DNA from: Auanema rhodensis
Taxonomy: Eukaryota > Animalia > Nematoda
Assembly: GCA_964057225.1 (NCBI GenBank)
Contig: OZ059896.1
Location: 19,964,001-20,028,000 of the forward strand
Direction of reading: 5' to 3'
Length of the DNA stretch: 64,000 nucleotides
Below are positions 10,701 through 25,400 of the stretch, piece by piece (positions within the stretch are counted from its first letter, which is position 1; every line of letters begins with the position of its first letter). The translations under genes were made by a program, and so were the position numbers. The notes beneath the pieces are model-generated. The model had not been told where the DNA came from, searched no databases, and saw nothing but the letters and a program-made list of their open reading frames with translations.

Positions 10701-13700
10701 AAAATTAGTTATGATCGTTTGAAAAATGATGCATTAGTGTATGTTGAGTTTCCATGTACACTCAACATTGCTTCCAAAAACATTTTGACAAAAATTTTTT
10801 CGAAAAATTTCAAAATAATTTAGCAAAAAGTAGATGTTTTTAGATTCCATTTTTCAAGGCAAAGACGATGGACAGTGTTATTCAACGAAAAAATTAATTC
10901 TTCAGGGTGAAAATCGAGGATATAAGTGTGAACTTATATCAGTTGATATCTCGGTGCATTTTTAAGCTAGCGCAAATCTGATAACACAGATCGACGCAGC
11001 TTAAAAATCCGCATCGAATGCACTATACTACATTGAGAAACGCTTAATACAAAAATTAGTTATGATCGTTTGAAAAATGATGCATTAGTGTATGTTGAGT
11101 TTCCATGTACACTCAACATTGCTTCCAAAAACATTTTGACAAAAATTTTTTCGAAAAATTTCAAAATAATTTAGCAAAAAGTAGATGTTTTTAGATTCCA
11201 TTTTTCAAGGCAAAGACGATGGACAGTGTTATTCAACGAAAAAATTAATTCTTCAGGGTGAAAATCGAGGATATAAGTGTGAACTTATATCAGTTGATAT
11301 CTCGGTGCATTTTTAAGCTAGCGCAAATCTGATAACACAGATCGACGCAGCTTAAAAATCCGCATCGAATGCACTATACTACATTGAGAAACGCTTAATA
11401 CAAAAATTAGTTATGATCGTTTGAAAAATGATGCATTAGTGTATGTTGAGTTTCCATGTACACTCAACATTGCTTCCAAAAACATTTTGACAAAAATTTT
11501 TTCGAAAAATTTCAAAATAATTTAGCAAAAAGTAGATGTTTTTAGATTCCATTTTTCAAGGCAAAGACGATGGACAGTGTTATTCAACGAAAAAATTAAT
11601 TCTTCAGGGTGAAAATCGAGGATATAAGTGTGAACTTATATCAGTTGATATCTCGGTGCATTTTTAAGCTAGCGCAAATTTGATAACACAGATCGACGCA
11701 GCTTAAAAATCCGCATCGAATGCACTATACTACATTGAAAAACGCTTAATACAAAAATTAGTTATGATCGTTTGAAAAATGATGCATTAGTGTATGTTGA
11801 GTTTCCATGTACACTCAACATTGCTTCCAAAAACATTTTGACAAAAATTTTTTCGAAAAATTTCAAAATAATTTAGCAAAAAGTAGATGTTTTTAGATTC
11901 CTTTATTCAAGACAAAGACGATGGACAATGTTATTCAACGAAAAAATTAATTCTTTAGGGTGAAAATCGAGGATATAAGTGTGAACTTATATCAGTTGAT
12001 ATCTTGGTGCATTTTTAAGCTAGCGCAAATCTGATAACACAGATCGACGCAGCTTAAAAATCCGCATCGAATGCACTATACTACATTGAGAAACGCTTAA
12101 TACAAAAATTAGTTATGATCGTTTGAAAAATGATGCATTAGTGTATGTTGAGTTTCCATGTACACTCAACATTGCTTCCAAAAACATTTTGACAAAAATT
12201 TTTTCGAAAAATTTCAAAATAATTTAGCAAAAAGTAGATGTTTTTAGATTCCATTTTTCAAGGCAAAGACGATGGACAGTGTTATTCAACGAAAAAATTA
12301 ATTCTTCAGGGTGAAAATCGAGGATATAAGTGTGAACTTATATCAGTTGATATCTCGGTGCATTTTTAAGCTAGCGCAAATCTGATAACACAGATCGACG
12401 CAGCTTAAAAATCCGCATCGAATGCACTATACTACATTGAGAAACGCTTAATACAAAAATTAGTTATGATCGTTTGAAAAATGATGCATTAGTGTATGTT
12501 GAGTTTCCATGTACACTCAACATTGCTTCCAAAAACATTTTGACAAAAATTTTTTCGAAAAATTTCAAAATAATTTAGCAAAAAGTAGATGTTTTTAGAT
12601 TCCATTTTTCAAGGCAAAGACGATGGACAGTGTTATTCAACGAAAAAATTAATTCTTCAGGGTGAAAATCGAGGATATAAGTGTGAACTTATATCAGTTG
12701 ATATCTCGGTGCATTTTTAAGCTAGCGCAAATCTGATAACACAGATCGACGCAGCTTAAAAATCCGCATCGAATGCACTATACTACATTGAGAAACGCTT
12801 AATACAAAAATTAGTTATGATCGTTTGAAAAATGATGCATTAGTGTATGTTGAGTTTCCATGTACACTCAACATTGCTTCCAAAAACATTTTGACAAAAA
12901 TTTTTTCGAAAAATTTCAAAATAATTTAGCAAAAAGTAGATGTTTTTAGATTCCATTTTTCAAGGCAAAGACGATGGACAGTGTTATTCAACGAAAAAAT
13001 TAATTCTTCAGGGTGAAAATCGAGGATATAAGTGTGAACTTATATCAGTTGATATCTCGGTGCATTTTTAAGCTAGCGCAAATCTGATAACACAGATCGA
13101 CGCAGCTTAAAAATCCGCATCGAATGCACTATACTACATTGAGAAACGCTTAATACAAAAATTAGTTATGATCGTTTGAAAAATGATGCATTAGTGTATG
13201 TTGAGTTTCCATGTACACTCAACATTGCTTCCAAAAACATTTTGACAAAAATTTTTTCGAAAAATTTCAAAATAATTTAGCAAAAAGTAGATGTTTTTAG
13301 ATTCCTTTATTCAAGACAAAGACGATGGACAATGTTATTCAACGAAAAAATTAATTCTTTAGGGTGAAAATCGAGGATATAAGTGTGAACTTATATCAGT
13401 TGATATCTTGGTGCATTTTTAAGCTAGCGCAAATCTGATAACACAGATCGACGCAGCTTAAAAATCCGCATCGAATGCACTATACTACATTGAGAAACGC
13501 TTGATACAAAAATTAGTTATGATCGTTTGAAAAATGATGCATTAGTGTATGTTGAGTTTCCATGTACACTCAACATTGCTTCCAAAAACATTTTGACAAA
13601 AATTTTTTCGAAAAATTTCAAAATAATTTAGCAAAAAGTAGATGTTTTTAGATTCCTTTATTCAAGGCAAAGACGATGGACAATGTTATTCAACGAAAAA

Positions 13701-16700
13701 ATTAATTCTTCAGGGTGAAAATCGAGGATATAAGTGTGAACTTATATCAGTTGATATCTCGGTGCATTTTTAAGCTAGCGCAAATCTGATAACACAGATC
13801 GACGCAGCTTAAAAATCCGCATCGAATGCACTATACTACATTGAGAAACGCTTAATACAAAAATTAGTTATGATCGTTTGAAAAATGATGCATTAGTGTA
13901 TGTTGAGTTTCCATGTACACTCAACATTGCTTCCAAAAACATTTTGACAAAAATTTTTTCGAAAAATTTCAAAATAATTTAGCAAAAAGTATATGTTTTT
14001 AGATTCCATTTTTCAAGGCAAAGACGATGGACAGTGTTATTCAACGAAAAAATTAATTCTTCAGGGTGAAAATCGAGGATATAAGTGTGAACTTATATCA
14101 GTTGATATCTCGGTGCATTTTTAAGCTAGCGCAAATCTGATAACACAGATCGACGCAGCTTAAAAATCCGCATTGAATGCACTATACTACATTGAGAAAC
14201 GCTTAATACAAAAATTAGTTATGATCGTTTGAAAAATGATGCATTAGTGTATGTTGAGTTTCCATGTACACTCAACATTGCTTCCAAAAACATTTTGACA
14301 AAAATTTTTTCGAAAAATTTCGAAATAATTTAGCAAAAAGTAGATGTTTTTAGATTCCTTTATTCAAGGCAAAGACGATGGACAATGTTATTCAACGAAA
14401 AAATTAATTCTTTAGGGTGAAAATCGAGGATATAAGTGTGAACTTATATCAGTTGATATCTTGGTGCATTTTTAAGCTAGCGCAAATCTGATAACACAGA
14501 TCGACGCAGCTTAAAAATCCGCATCGAATGCACTATACTACATTGAAAAACGCTTAATACAAAAATTAGTTATGATCGTTTGAAAAATGATGCATTAGTG
14601 TATGTTGAGTTTCCATGTACACTCAACATTGCTTCCAAAAACATTTTGACAAAAATTTTTTCGAAAAATTTCAAAATAATTTAGCAAAAAGTAGATGTTT
14701 TTAGATTCCATTTTTCAAGGCAAAGACGATGGACAATGTTATTCAACGGAAAAATTATTTCTTCAGGGTGAAAATCGAGGATATAAGTGTGAACTTATAT
14801 CAGTTGATATCTCGGTGCATTTTTAAGCTAGCGCAAATCTGATAACACAGATCGACGCAGCTTAAAAATGCGCATCGAATGCACTATACTACATTGAGAA
14901 ACGCTTGATACAAAAATTAGTTATGATCGTTTGAAAAATGATGCATTAGTGTATGTTGAGTTTCCATGTACACTCAACATTGCTTCCAAAAACATTTTGA
15001 CAAAAATTTTTTCGAAAAATTTCAAAATAATTTAGCAAAAAGTAGATGTTTTTAGATTCCATTTTTCAAGGCAAAGACGATGGACAATGTTATTCAACGA
15101 AAAAATTAATTCTTCAGGGTGAAAATCGAGAATATAAGTGTGAACTTATATCAGTTGATATCTCGGTGCATTTTTAAGCTAGCGCAAATCTGATAACACA
15201 GATCGACGCAGCTTAAAAATCCGCATCGAATGCACTATACTACATTGAGAAACGCTTAATACAAAAATTAGTTATGATCGTTTGAAAAATGATGCATTAG
15301 TGTATGTTGAGTTTCCATGTACACTCAACATTGCTTCCAAAAACATTTTGATAAAAATTTTTTCGAAAAATTTCAAAATAATTTAGCAAAAAGTAGATGT
15401 TTTTAGATTCCTTTTTTCAAGGCAAAGACGATGGACAATGTTATTCAACGAAAAAATTATTCCTTCAGGGTGAAAATCGAAGATATAAGTGTGAACTTAT
15501 ATCAGTTGATATCTCGGTGCATTTTTAAGCTAGCGCAAATCTGATAACAGAGATCGACGCAGCTTAAAAATCCGCATCGAATGCACTATACTACATTGAG
15601 AAACGCTTAATACAAAAATTAGTTATGATCGTTTGAAAAATGATGCATTAGTGTATGTTGAGTTTCCATGTACACTCAACATTGCTTCCAAAAACATTTT
15701 GACAAAAATTTTTTCGAAAAATTTCAAAATAATTTAGCAAAAAGTAGATGTTTTTAGATTCCATTTTTCAAGGCAAAGACGATGGACAATGTTATTCAAC
15801 GAAAAAATTAATTCTTCAGGGTGAAAATCGAGGATATAAGTGTGAACTTATATCAGTTGATATCTCGGTGCATTTTTAAGCTAGCGCAAATCTGATAACA
15901 CAGATCGACGCAGCTTAAAAATCCGCATCGAATGCACTATACTACATTGAGAAACGCTTAATACAAAAATTAGTTATGATCGTTTGGAAAATGATGCATT
16001 AGTGTATGTTGAGTTTCCATGTACACTCAACATTGCTTCCAAAAACATTTTGACAAAAATTTTTTCGAAAAATTTCAAAATAATTTAGCAAAAAGTAGAT
16101 GTTTTTAGATTCCATTTTTCAAGGCAAAGACGATGGACAGTGTTATTCAACGAAAAAATTAATTCTTCAGGGTGAAAATCGAGGATATAAGTGTGAACTT
16201 ATATCAGTTGATATCTCGGTGCATTTTTAAGCTAGCGCAAATTTGATAACACAGATCGACGCAGCTTAAAAATCCGCATCGAATGCACTATACTACATTG
16301 AAAAACGCTTAATACAAAAATTAGTTATGATCGTTTGAAAAATGATGCATTAGTGTATGTTGAGTTTCCATGTACACTCAACATTGCTTCCAAAAACATT
16401 TTGACAAAAATTTTTTCGAAAAATTTCAAAATAATTTAGCAAAAAGTAGATGTTTTTAGATTCCATTTTTCAAGGCAAAGACGATGGACAATGTTATTCA
16501 ACGAAAAAATTAATTCTTCAGGGTGAAAATCGAGGATATAAGTGTGAACTTATATCAGTTGATATCTTGGTGCATTTTTAAGCTAGCGCAAATCTGATAA
16601 CACAGATCGACGCAGCTTAAAAATCCGCATCGAATGCACTATACTACATTGAGAAACGCTTAATACAAAAATTAGTTATGATCGTTTGGAAAATGATGCA

Positions 16701-16949
16701 TTAGTGTATGTTGAGTTTCCATGTACACTCAACATTGCTTCCAAAAACATTTTGATAAAAATTTTTTCGAAAAATTTCAAAATAATTTAGCAAAAAGTAG
16801 ATGTTTTTAGATTCCTTTTTTCAAGGCAAAGACGATGGACAATGTTATTCAACGAAAAAATTATTCCTTCAGGGTGAAAATCGAAGATATAAGTGTGAAC
16901 TTATATCAGTTGATATCTCGGTGCATTTTTAAGCTAGCGCAAATCTGAT

Positions 16950-19900
16950 AACAGAGATCGACGCAGCTTAAAAATCCGCATCGAATGCACTATACTACAT
17001 TGAGAAACGCTTAATACAAAAATTAGTTATGATCGTTTGAAAAATGATGCATTAGTGTATGTTGAGTTTCCATGTACACTCAACATTGCTTCCAAAAACA
17101 TTTTGACAAAAATTTTTTCGAAAAATTTCAAAATAATTTAGCAAAAAGTAGATGTTTTTAGATTCCATTTTTCAAGGCAAAGACGATGGACAATGTTATT
17201 CAACGAAAAAATTAATTCTTCAGGGTGAAAATCGAGGATATAAGTGTGAACTTATATCAGTTGATATCTCGGTGCATTTTTAAGCTAGCGCAAATCTGAT
17301 AACACAGATCGACGCAGCTTAAAAATCCGCATCGAATGCACTATACTACATTGAGAAACGCTTAATACAAAAATTAGTTATGATCGTTTGGAAAATGATG
17401 CATTAGTGTATGTTGAGTTTCCATGTACACTCAACATTGCTTCCAAAAACATTTTGACAAAAATTTTTTCGAAAAATTTCAAAATAATTTAGCAAAAAGT
17501 AGATGTTTTTAGATTCCATTTTTCAAGGCAAAGACGATGGACAGTGTTATTCAACGAAAAAATTAATTCTTCAGGGTGAAAATCGAGGATATAAGTGTGA
17601 ACTTATATCAGTTGATATCTCGGTGCATTTTTAAGCTAGCGCAAATTTGATAACACAGATCGACGCAGCTTAAAAATCCGCATCGAATGCACTATACTAC
17701 ATTGAAAAACGCTTAATACAAAAATTAGTTATGATCGTTTGAAAAATGATGCATTAGTGTATGTTGAGTTTCCATGTACACTCAACATTGCTTCCAAAAA
17801 CATTTTGACAAAAATTTTTTCGAAAAATTTCAAAATATTTTAGCAAAAAGTAGATGTTTTTAGATTCCTTTATTCAAGACAAAGACGATGGACAATGTTA
17901 TTCAACGAAAAAATTAATTCTTTAGGGTGAAAATCGAGGATATAAGTGTGAACTTATATCAGTTGATATCTTGGTGCATTTTTAAGCTAGCGCAAATCTG
18001 ATAACACAGATCGACGCAGCTTAAAAATCCGCATCGAATGCACTATACTACATTGAGAAACGCTTAATACAAAAATTAGTTATGATCGTTTGAAAAATGA
18101 TGCATTAGTGTATGTTGAGTTTCCATGTACACTCAACATTGCTTCCAAAAACATTTTGACAAAAATTTTTTCGAAAAATTTCGAAATAATTTAGCAAAAA
18201 GTAGATGTTTTTAGATTCCTTTATTCAAGACAAAGACGATGGACAATGTTATTCAACGAAAAAATTAATTCTTTAGGGTGAAAATCGAGGATATAAGTGT
18301 GAACTTATATCAGTTGATATCTTGGTGCATTTTTAAGCTAGCGCAAATTTGATAACACAGATCGACGCAGCTTAAAAATCCGCATCGAATGCACTATACT
18401 ACATTGAAAAACGCTTAATACAAAAATTAGTTATGATCGTTTGAAAAATGATGCATTAGTGTATGTTGAGTTTCCATGTACACTCAACATTGCTTCCAAA
18501 AACATTTTGACAAAAATTTTTTCGAAAAATTTCAAAATAATTTAGCAAAAAGTAGATGTTTTTAGATTCCTTCATTCAAGGCAAAGACGATGGACAATGT
18601 TATTCAACGAAAAAATTAATTCTTCAGGGTGAAAATCGAGGATATAAGTGTGAACTTATATCAGTTGATATCTCGGTGCATTTTTAAGCTAGCGCAAATC
18701 TGATAACACAGATCGACGCAGCTTAAAAATGCGCATCGAACGCACTATACTGCATTGAGAAACGCTTGATACAAAAATTAGTTATGATCGTTTGAAAAAT
18801 GATGCATTAGTGTATGTTGAGTTTCCATGTACACTCAACATTGCTTCCAAAAACATTTTGACAAAAATTTTTTCGAAAAATTTCAAAATAATTTAGCAAA
18901 AAGTAGATGTTTTTAGATTCCTTTATTCAAGACAAAGACGATGGACAATGTTATTCAACGAAAAAATTAATTCTTTAGGGTGAAAATCGAGGATATAAGT
19001 GTGAACTTATATCAGTTGATATCTCGGTGCATTTTTAAGCTAGCGCAAATCTGATAACAGAGATCGACGCAGCTTAAAAATCCGCATCGAATGCACTATA
19101 CTACATTGAGAAACGCTTAATACAAAAATTAGTTATGATCGTTTGAAAAATGATGCATTAGTGTATGTTGAGTTTCCATGTACACTCAACATTGCTTCCA
19201 AAAACATTTTGACAAAAATTTTTTCGAAAAATTTCAAAATAATTTAGCAAAAAGTAGATGTTTTTAGATTCCATTTTTCAAGGCAAAGACGATGGACAAT
19301 GTTATTCAACGAAAAAATTAATTCTTCAGGGTGAAAATCGAGGATATAAGTGTGAACTTATATCAGTTGATATCTCGGTGCATTTTTAAGCTAGCGCAAA
19401 TCTGATAACACAGATCGACGCAGCTTAAAAATCCGCATCGAATGCACTATACTACATTGAGAAACGCTTAATACAAAAATTAGTTATGATCGTTTGGAAA
19501 ATGATGCATTAGTGTATGTTGAGTTTCCATGTACACTCAACATTGCTTCCAAAAACATTTTGACAAAAATTTTTTCGAAAAATTTCAAAATAATTTAGCA
19601 AAAAGTAGATGTTTTTAGATTCCATTTTTCAAGGCAAAGACGATGGACAGTGTTATTCAACGAAAAAATTAATTCTTCAGGGTGAAAATCGAGGATATAA
19701 GTGTGAACTTATATCAGTTGATATCTCGGTGCATTTTTAAGCTAGCGCAAATTTGATAACACAGATCGACGCAGCTTAAAAATCCGCATCGAATGCACTA
19801 TACTACATTGAAAAACGCTTAATACAAAAATTAGTTATGATCGTTTGAAAAATGATGCATTAGTGTATGTTGAGTTTCCATGTACACTCAACATTGCTTC

Positions 19901-21125
19901 CAAAAACATTTTGACAAAAATTTTTTCGAAAAATTTCAAAATATTTTAGCAAAAAGTAGATGTTTTTAGATTCCTTTATTCAAGACAAAGACGATGGACA
20001 ATGTTATTCAACGAAAAAATTAATTCTTTAGGGTGAAAATCGAGGATATAAGTGTGAACTTATATCAGTTGATATCTTGGTGCATTTTTAAGCTAGCGCA
20101 AATCTGATAACACAGATCGACGCAGCTTAAAAATCCGCATCGAATGCACTATACTACATTGAGAAACGCTTAATACAAAAATTAGTTATGATCGTTTGAA
20201 AAATGATGCATTAGTGTATGTTGAGTTTCCATGTACACTCAACATTGCTTCCAAAAACATTTTGACAAAAATTTTTTCGAAAAATTTCGAAATAATTTAG
20301 CAAAAAGTAGATGTTTTTAGATTCCTTTATTCAAGACAAAGACGATGGACAATGTTATTCAACGAAAAAATTAATTCTTTAGGGTGAAAATCGAGGATAT
20401 AAGTGTGAACTTATATCAGTTGATATCTTGGTGCATTTTTAAGCTAGCGCAAATTTGATAACACAGATCGACGCAGCTTAAAAATCCGCATCGAATGCAC
20501 TATACTACATTGAAAAACGCTTAATACAAAAATTAGTTATGATCGTTTGAAAAATGATGCATTAGTGTATGTTGAGTTTCCATGTACACTCAACATTGCT
20601 TCCAAAAACATTTTGACAAAAATTTTTTCGAAAAATTTCAAAATAATTTAGCAAAAAGTAGATGTTTTTAGATTCCTTCATTCAAGGCAAAGACGATGGA
20701 CAATGTTATTCAACGAAAAAATTAATTCTTCAGGGTGAAAATCGAGGATATAAGTGTGAACTTATATCAGTTGATATCTCGGTGCATTTTTAAGCTAGCG
20801 CAAATCTGATAACACAGATCGACGCAGCTTAAAAATGCGCATCGAACGCACTATACTGCATTGAGAAACGCTTGATACAAAAATTAGTTATGATCGTTTG
20901 AAAAATGATGCATTAGTGTATGTTGAGTTTCCATGTACACTCAACATTGCTTCCAAAAACATTTTGACAAAAATTTTTTCGAAAAATTTCAAAATAATTT
21001 AGCAAAAAGTAGATGTTTTTAGATTCCTTTATTCAAGACAAAGACGATGGACAATGTTATTCAACGAAAAAATTAATTCTTTAGGGTGAAAATCGAGGAT
21101 ATAAGTGTGAACTTATATCAGTTGA
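16950..21125 (+). repeat. Tandem 6-mer higher-order duplication (2106 bp x2); boundaries approximate
   Basis: TTGGAAA (GG at 17390/19496), ATATTT 17835/19941 and TTCATTC 18571/20677 are all 2106 bp apart. Confidence 0.88.
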
Positions 21126-22464
21126 TATCTTGGTGCATTTTTAAGCTAGCGCAAATTTGATAACACAGATCGACGCAGCTTAAAAATCCGCATCGAATGC
21201 ACTATACTACATTGAAAAACGCTTAATACAAAAATTAGTTATGATCGTTTGAAAAATGATGCATTAGTGTATGTTGAGTTTCCATGTACACTCAACATTG
21301 CTTCCAAAAACATTTTGACAAAAATTTTTTCGAAAAATTTCAAAATAATTTAGCAAAAAGTAGATGTTTTTAGATTCCTTCATTCAAGGCAAAGACGATG
21401 GACAATGTTATTCAACGAAAAAATTAATTCTTCAGGGTGAAAATCGAGGATATAAGTGTGAACTTATATCAGTTGATATCTCGGTGCATTTTTAAGCTAG
21501 CGCAAATCTGATAACACAGATCGACGCAGCTTAAAAATCCGCATCGAATGCACTATACTACATTGAGAAACGCTTAATACAAAAATTAGTTATGATCGTT
21601 TGAAAAATGATGCATTAGTGTATGTTGAGTTTCCATGTACACTCAACATTGCTTCCAAAAACATTTTGACAAAAATTTTTTCGAAAAATTTCAAAATAAT
21701 TTAGCAAAAAGTAGATGTTTTTAGATTCCATTTTTCAAGGCAAAGACGATGGACAATGTTATTCAACGAAAAAATTAATTCTTCAGGGTGAAAATCGAGG
21801 ATATAAGTGTGAACTTATATCAGTTGATATCTCGGTGCATTTTTAAGCTAGCGCAAATCTGATAACACAGATCGACGCAGCTTAAAAATGCGCATCGAAT
21901 GCACTATACTACATTGAGAAACCCTTGATACAAAAATTAGTTATGATCGTTTGAAAAATGATGCATTAGTGTATGTTGAGTTTCCATGTACACTCAACAT
22001 TGCTTCCAAAAACATTTTGACAAAAATTTTTTCGAAAAATTTCAAGATAATTTAGCAAAAAGTAGATGTTTTTAGATTCCATTTTTCAAGGCAAAGACGA
22101 TGGACAATGTTATTCAACGAAAAAATTAATTCTTCAGGGTGAAAATCGAGGATATAAGTGTGAACTTATATCAGTTGATATCTCGGTGCATTTTTAAGCT
22201 AGCGCAAATCTGATAACACAGATCGACGCAGCTTAAAAATCCGCATCGAATGCACTATACTACATTGAGAAACCCTTGATACAAAAATTAGTTATGATCG
22301 TTTGAAAAATGATGCATTAGTGTATGTTGAGTTTCCATGTACACTCAACATTGCTTCCAAAAACATTTTGACAAAAATTTTTTCGAAAAATTTCAAGATA
22401 ATTTAGCAAAAAGTAGATGTTTTTAGATTCCATTTTTCAAGGCAAAGACGATGGACAATGTTAT

Positions 22465-25400
22465 TCAACGAAAAAATTAATTCTTCAGGGTGAAAATCGA
22501 GGATATAAGTGTGAACTTATATCAGTTGATATCTCGGTGCATTTTTAAGCTAGCGCAAATCTGATAACACAGATCGACGCAGCTTAAAAATCCGCATCGA
22601 ATGCACTATACTACATTGAGAAACGCTTAATACAAAAATTAGTTATGATCGTTTGAAAAATGATGCATTAGTGTATGTTGAGTTTCCATGTACACTCAAC
22701 ATTGCTTCCAAAAACATTTTGACAAAAATTTTTTCGAAAAATTTCAAAATAATTTAGCAAAAAGTAGATGTTTTTAGATTCCTTTATTCAAGGCAAAGAC
22801 GATGGACAATGTTATTCAACGAAAAAATTAATTCTTCAGGGTGAAAATCGAGGATATAAGTGTGAACTTATATCAGTTGATATCTCGGTGCATTTTTAAG
22901 CTAGCGCAAATCTGATAACACAGATCGACGCAGCTTAAAAATCCGCATCGAATGCACTATACTACATTGAGAAACGCTTAATACAAAAATTAGTTATGAT
23001 CGTTTGAAAAATGATGCATTAGTGTATGTTGAGTTTCCATGTACACTCAACATTGCTTCCAAAAACATTTTGACAAAAATTTTTTCGAAAAATTTCAAAT
23101 AAATTTAGCAAAAAGTAGATGTTTTTAGATTCCTTTATTCAAGGCAAAGACGATGGACAATGTTATTCAACGAAAAAATTAATTCTTCAGGGTGAAAATC
23201 GAGGATATAAGTGTAAACTTATATCAGTTGATATCTCGGTGCATTTTTAAGCTAGCGCAAATCTGATAACACAGATCGACGCAGCTTAAAAATCCGCATC
23301 GAATGCACTATACTACATTGAGAAACGCTTGATACAAAAATTAGTTATGATCGTTTGAAAAATGATGCATTAGTGTATGTTGAGTTTCCATGTACACTCA
23401 ACATTGCTTCCAAAAACATTTTGACAAAAATTTTTTCGAAAAATTTCAAAATAATTTAGCAAAAAGTAGATGTTTTTAGATTCCATTTTTCAAGGCAAAG
23501 ACGATGGACAGTGGTATTCAACGAAAAAATTAATTCTTCAGGGTGAAAATCGAGGATATAAGTGTGAACTTATATCAGTTGATATCTCGGTGCATTTTTA
23601 AGCTAGCGCAAATCTGATAACACAGATCGACGCAGCTTAAAAATCCGCATCGAATGCACTATACTACATTGAGAAACGCTTAATACAAAAATTAGTTATG
23701 ATCGTTTGAAAAATGATGCATTAGTGTATGTTGAGTTTCCATGTACACTCAACATTGCTTCCAAAAACATTTTGACAAAAATTTTTTCGAAAAATTTCAA
23801 AATAATTTAGCAAAAAGTAGATGTTTTTAGATTCCTTTATTCAAGGCAAAGACGATGGACAATGTTATTCAACGAAAAAATTAATTCTTCAGGGTGAAAA
23901 TCGAGGATATAAGTGTGAACTTATATCAGTTGATATCTCGGTGCATTTTTAAGCTAGCGCAAATCTGATAACACAGATCGACGCAGCTTAAAAATCCGCA
24001 TCGAATGCACTATACTACATTGAGAAACGCTTAATACAAAAATTAGTTATGATCGTTTGAAAAATGATGCATTAGTGTATGTTGAGTTTCCATGTACACT
24101 CAACATTGCTTCCAAAAACATTTTGACAAAAATTTTTTCGAAAAATTTCAAATAAATTTAGCAAAAAGTAGATGTTTTTAGATTCCTTTATTCAAGGCAA
24201 AGACGATGGACAATGTTATTCAACGAAAAAATTAATTCTTCAGGGTGAAAATCGAGGATATAAGTGTAAACTTATATCAGTTGATATCTCGGTGCATTTT
24301 TAAGCTATGCGCAAATCTGATAACACAGATCGACGCAGCTTAAAAATCCGCATCGAATGCACTATACTACATTGAGAAACGCTTGATACAAAAATTAGTT
24401 ATGATCGTTTGAAAAATGATGCATTAGTGTATGTTGAGTTTCCATGTACACTCAACATTGCTTCCAAAAACATTTTGACAAAAATTTTTTCGAAAAATTT
24501 CAAAATAATTTAGCAAAAAGTAGATGTTTTTAGATTCCATTTTTCAAGGCAAAGACGATGGACAGTGGTATTCAACGAAAAAATTAATTCTTCAGGGTGA
24601 AAATCGAGGATATAAGTGTGAACTTATATCAGTTGATATCTCGGTGCATTTTTAAGCTAGCGCAAATCTGATAACACAGATCGACGCAGCTTAAAAATCC
24701 GCATCGAATGCACTATACTACATTGAGAAACGCTTAATACAAAAATTAGTTATGATCGTTTGAAAAATGATGCATTAGTGTATGTTGAGTTTCCATGTAC
24801 ACTCAACATTGCTTCCAAAAACATTTTGACAAAAATTTTTTCGAAAAATTTCAAAATAATTTAGCAAAAAGTAGATGTTTTTAGATTCCTTTATTCAAGG
24901 CAAAGACGATGGACAATGTTATTCAACGAAAAAATTAATTCTTCAGGGTGAAAATCGAGGATATAAGTGTGAACTTATATCAGTTGATATCTCGGTGCAT
25001 TTTTAAGCTAGCGCAAATCTGATAACACAGATCGACGCAGCTTAAAAATCCGCATCGAATGCACTATACTACATTGAGAAACGCTTAATACAAAAATTAG
25101 TTATGATCGTTTGAAAAATGATGCATTAGTGTATGTTGAGTTTCCATGTACACTCAACATTGCTTCCAAAAACATTTTGACAAAAATTTTTTCGAAAAAT
25201 TTCAAATAAATTTAGCAAAAAGTAGATGTTTTTAGATTCCTTTATTCAAGGCAAAGACGATGGACAATGTTATTCAACGAAAAAATTAATTCTTCAGGGT
25301 GAAAATCGAGGATATAAGTGTAAACTTATATCAGTTGATATCTCGGTGCATTTTTAAGCTATGCGCAAATCTGATAACACAGATCGACGCAGCTTAAAAA

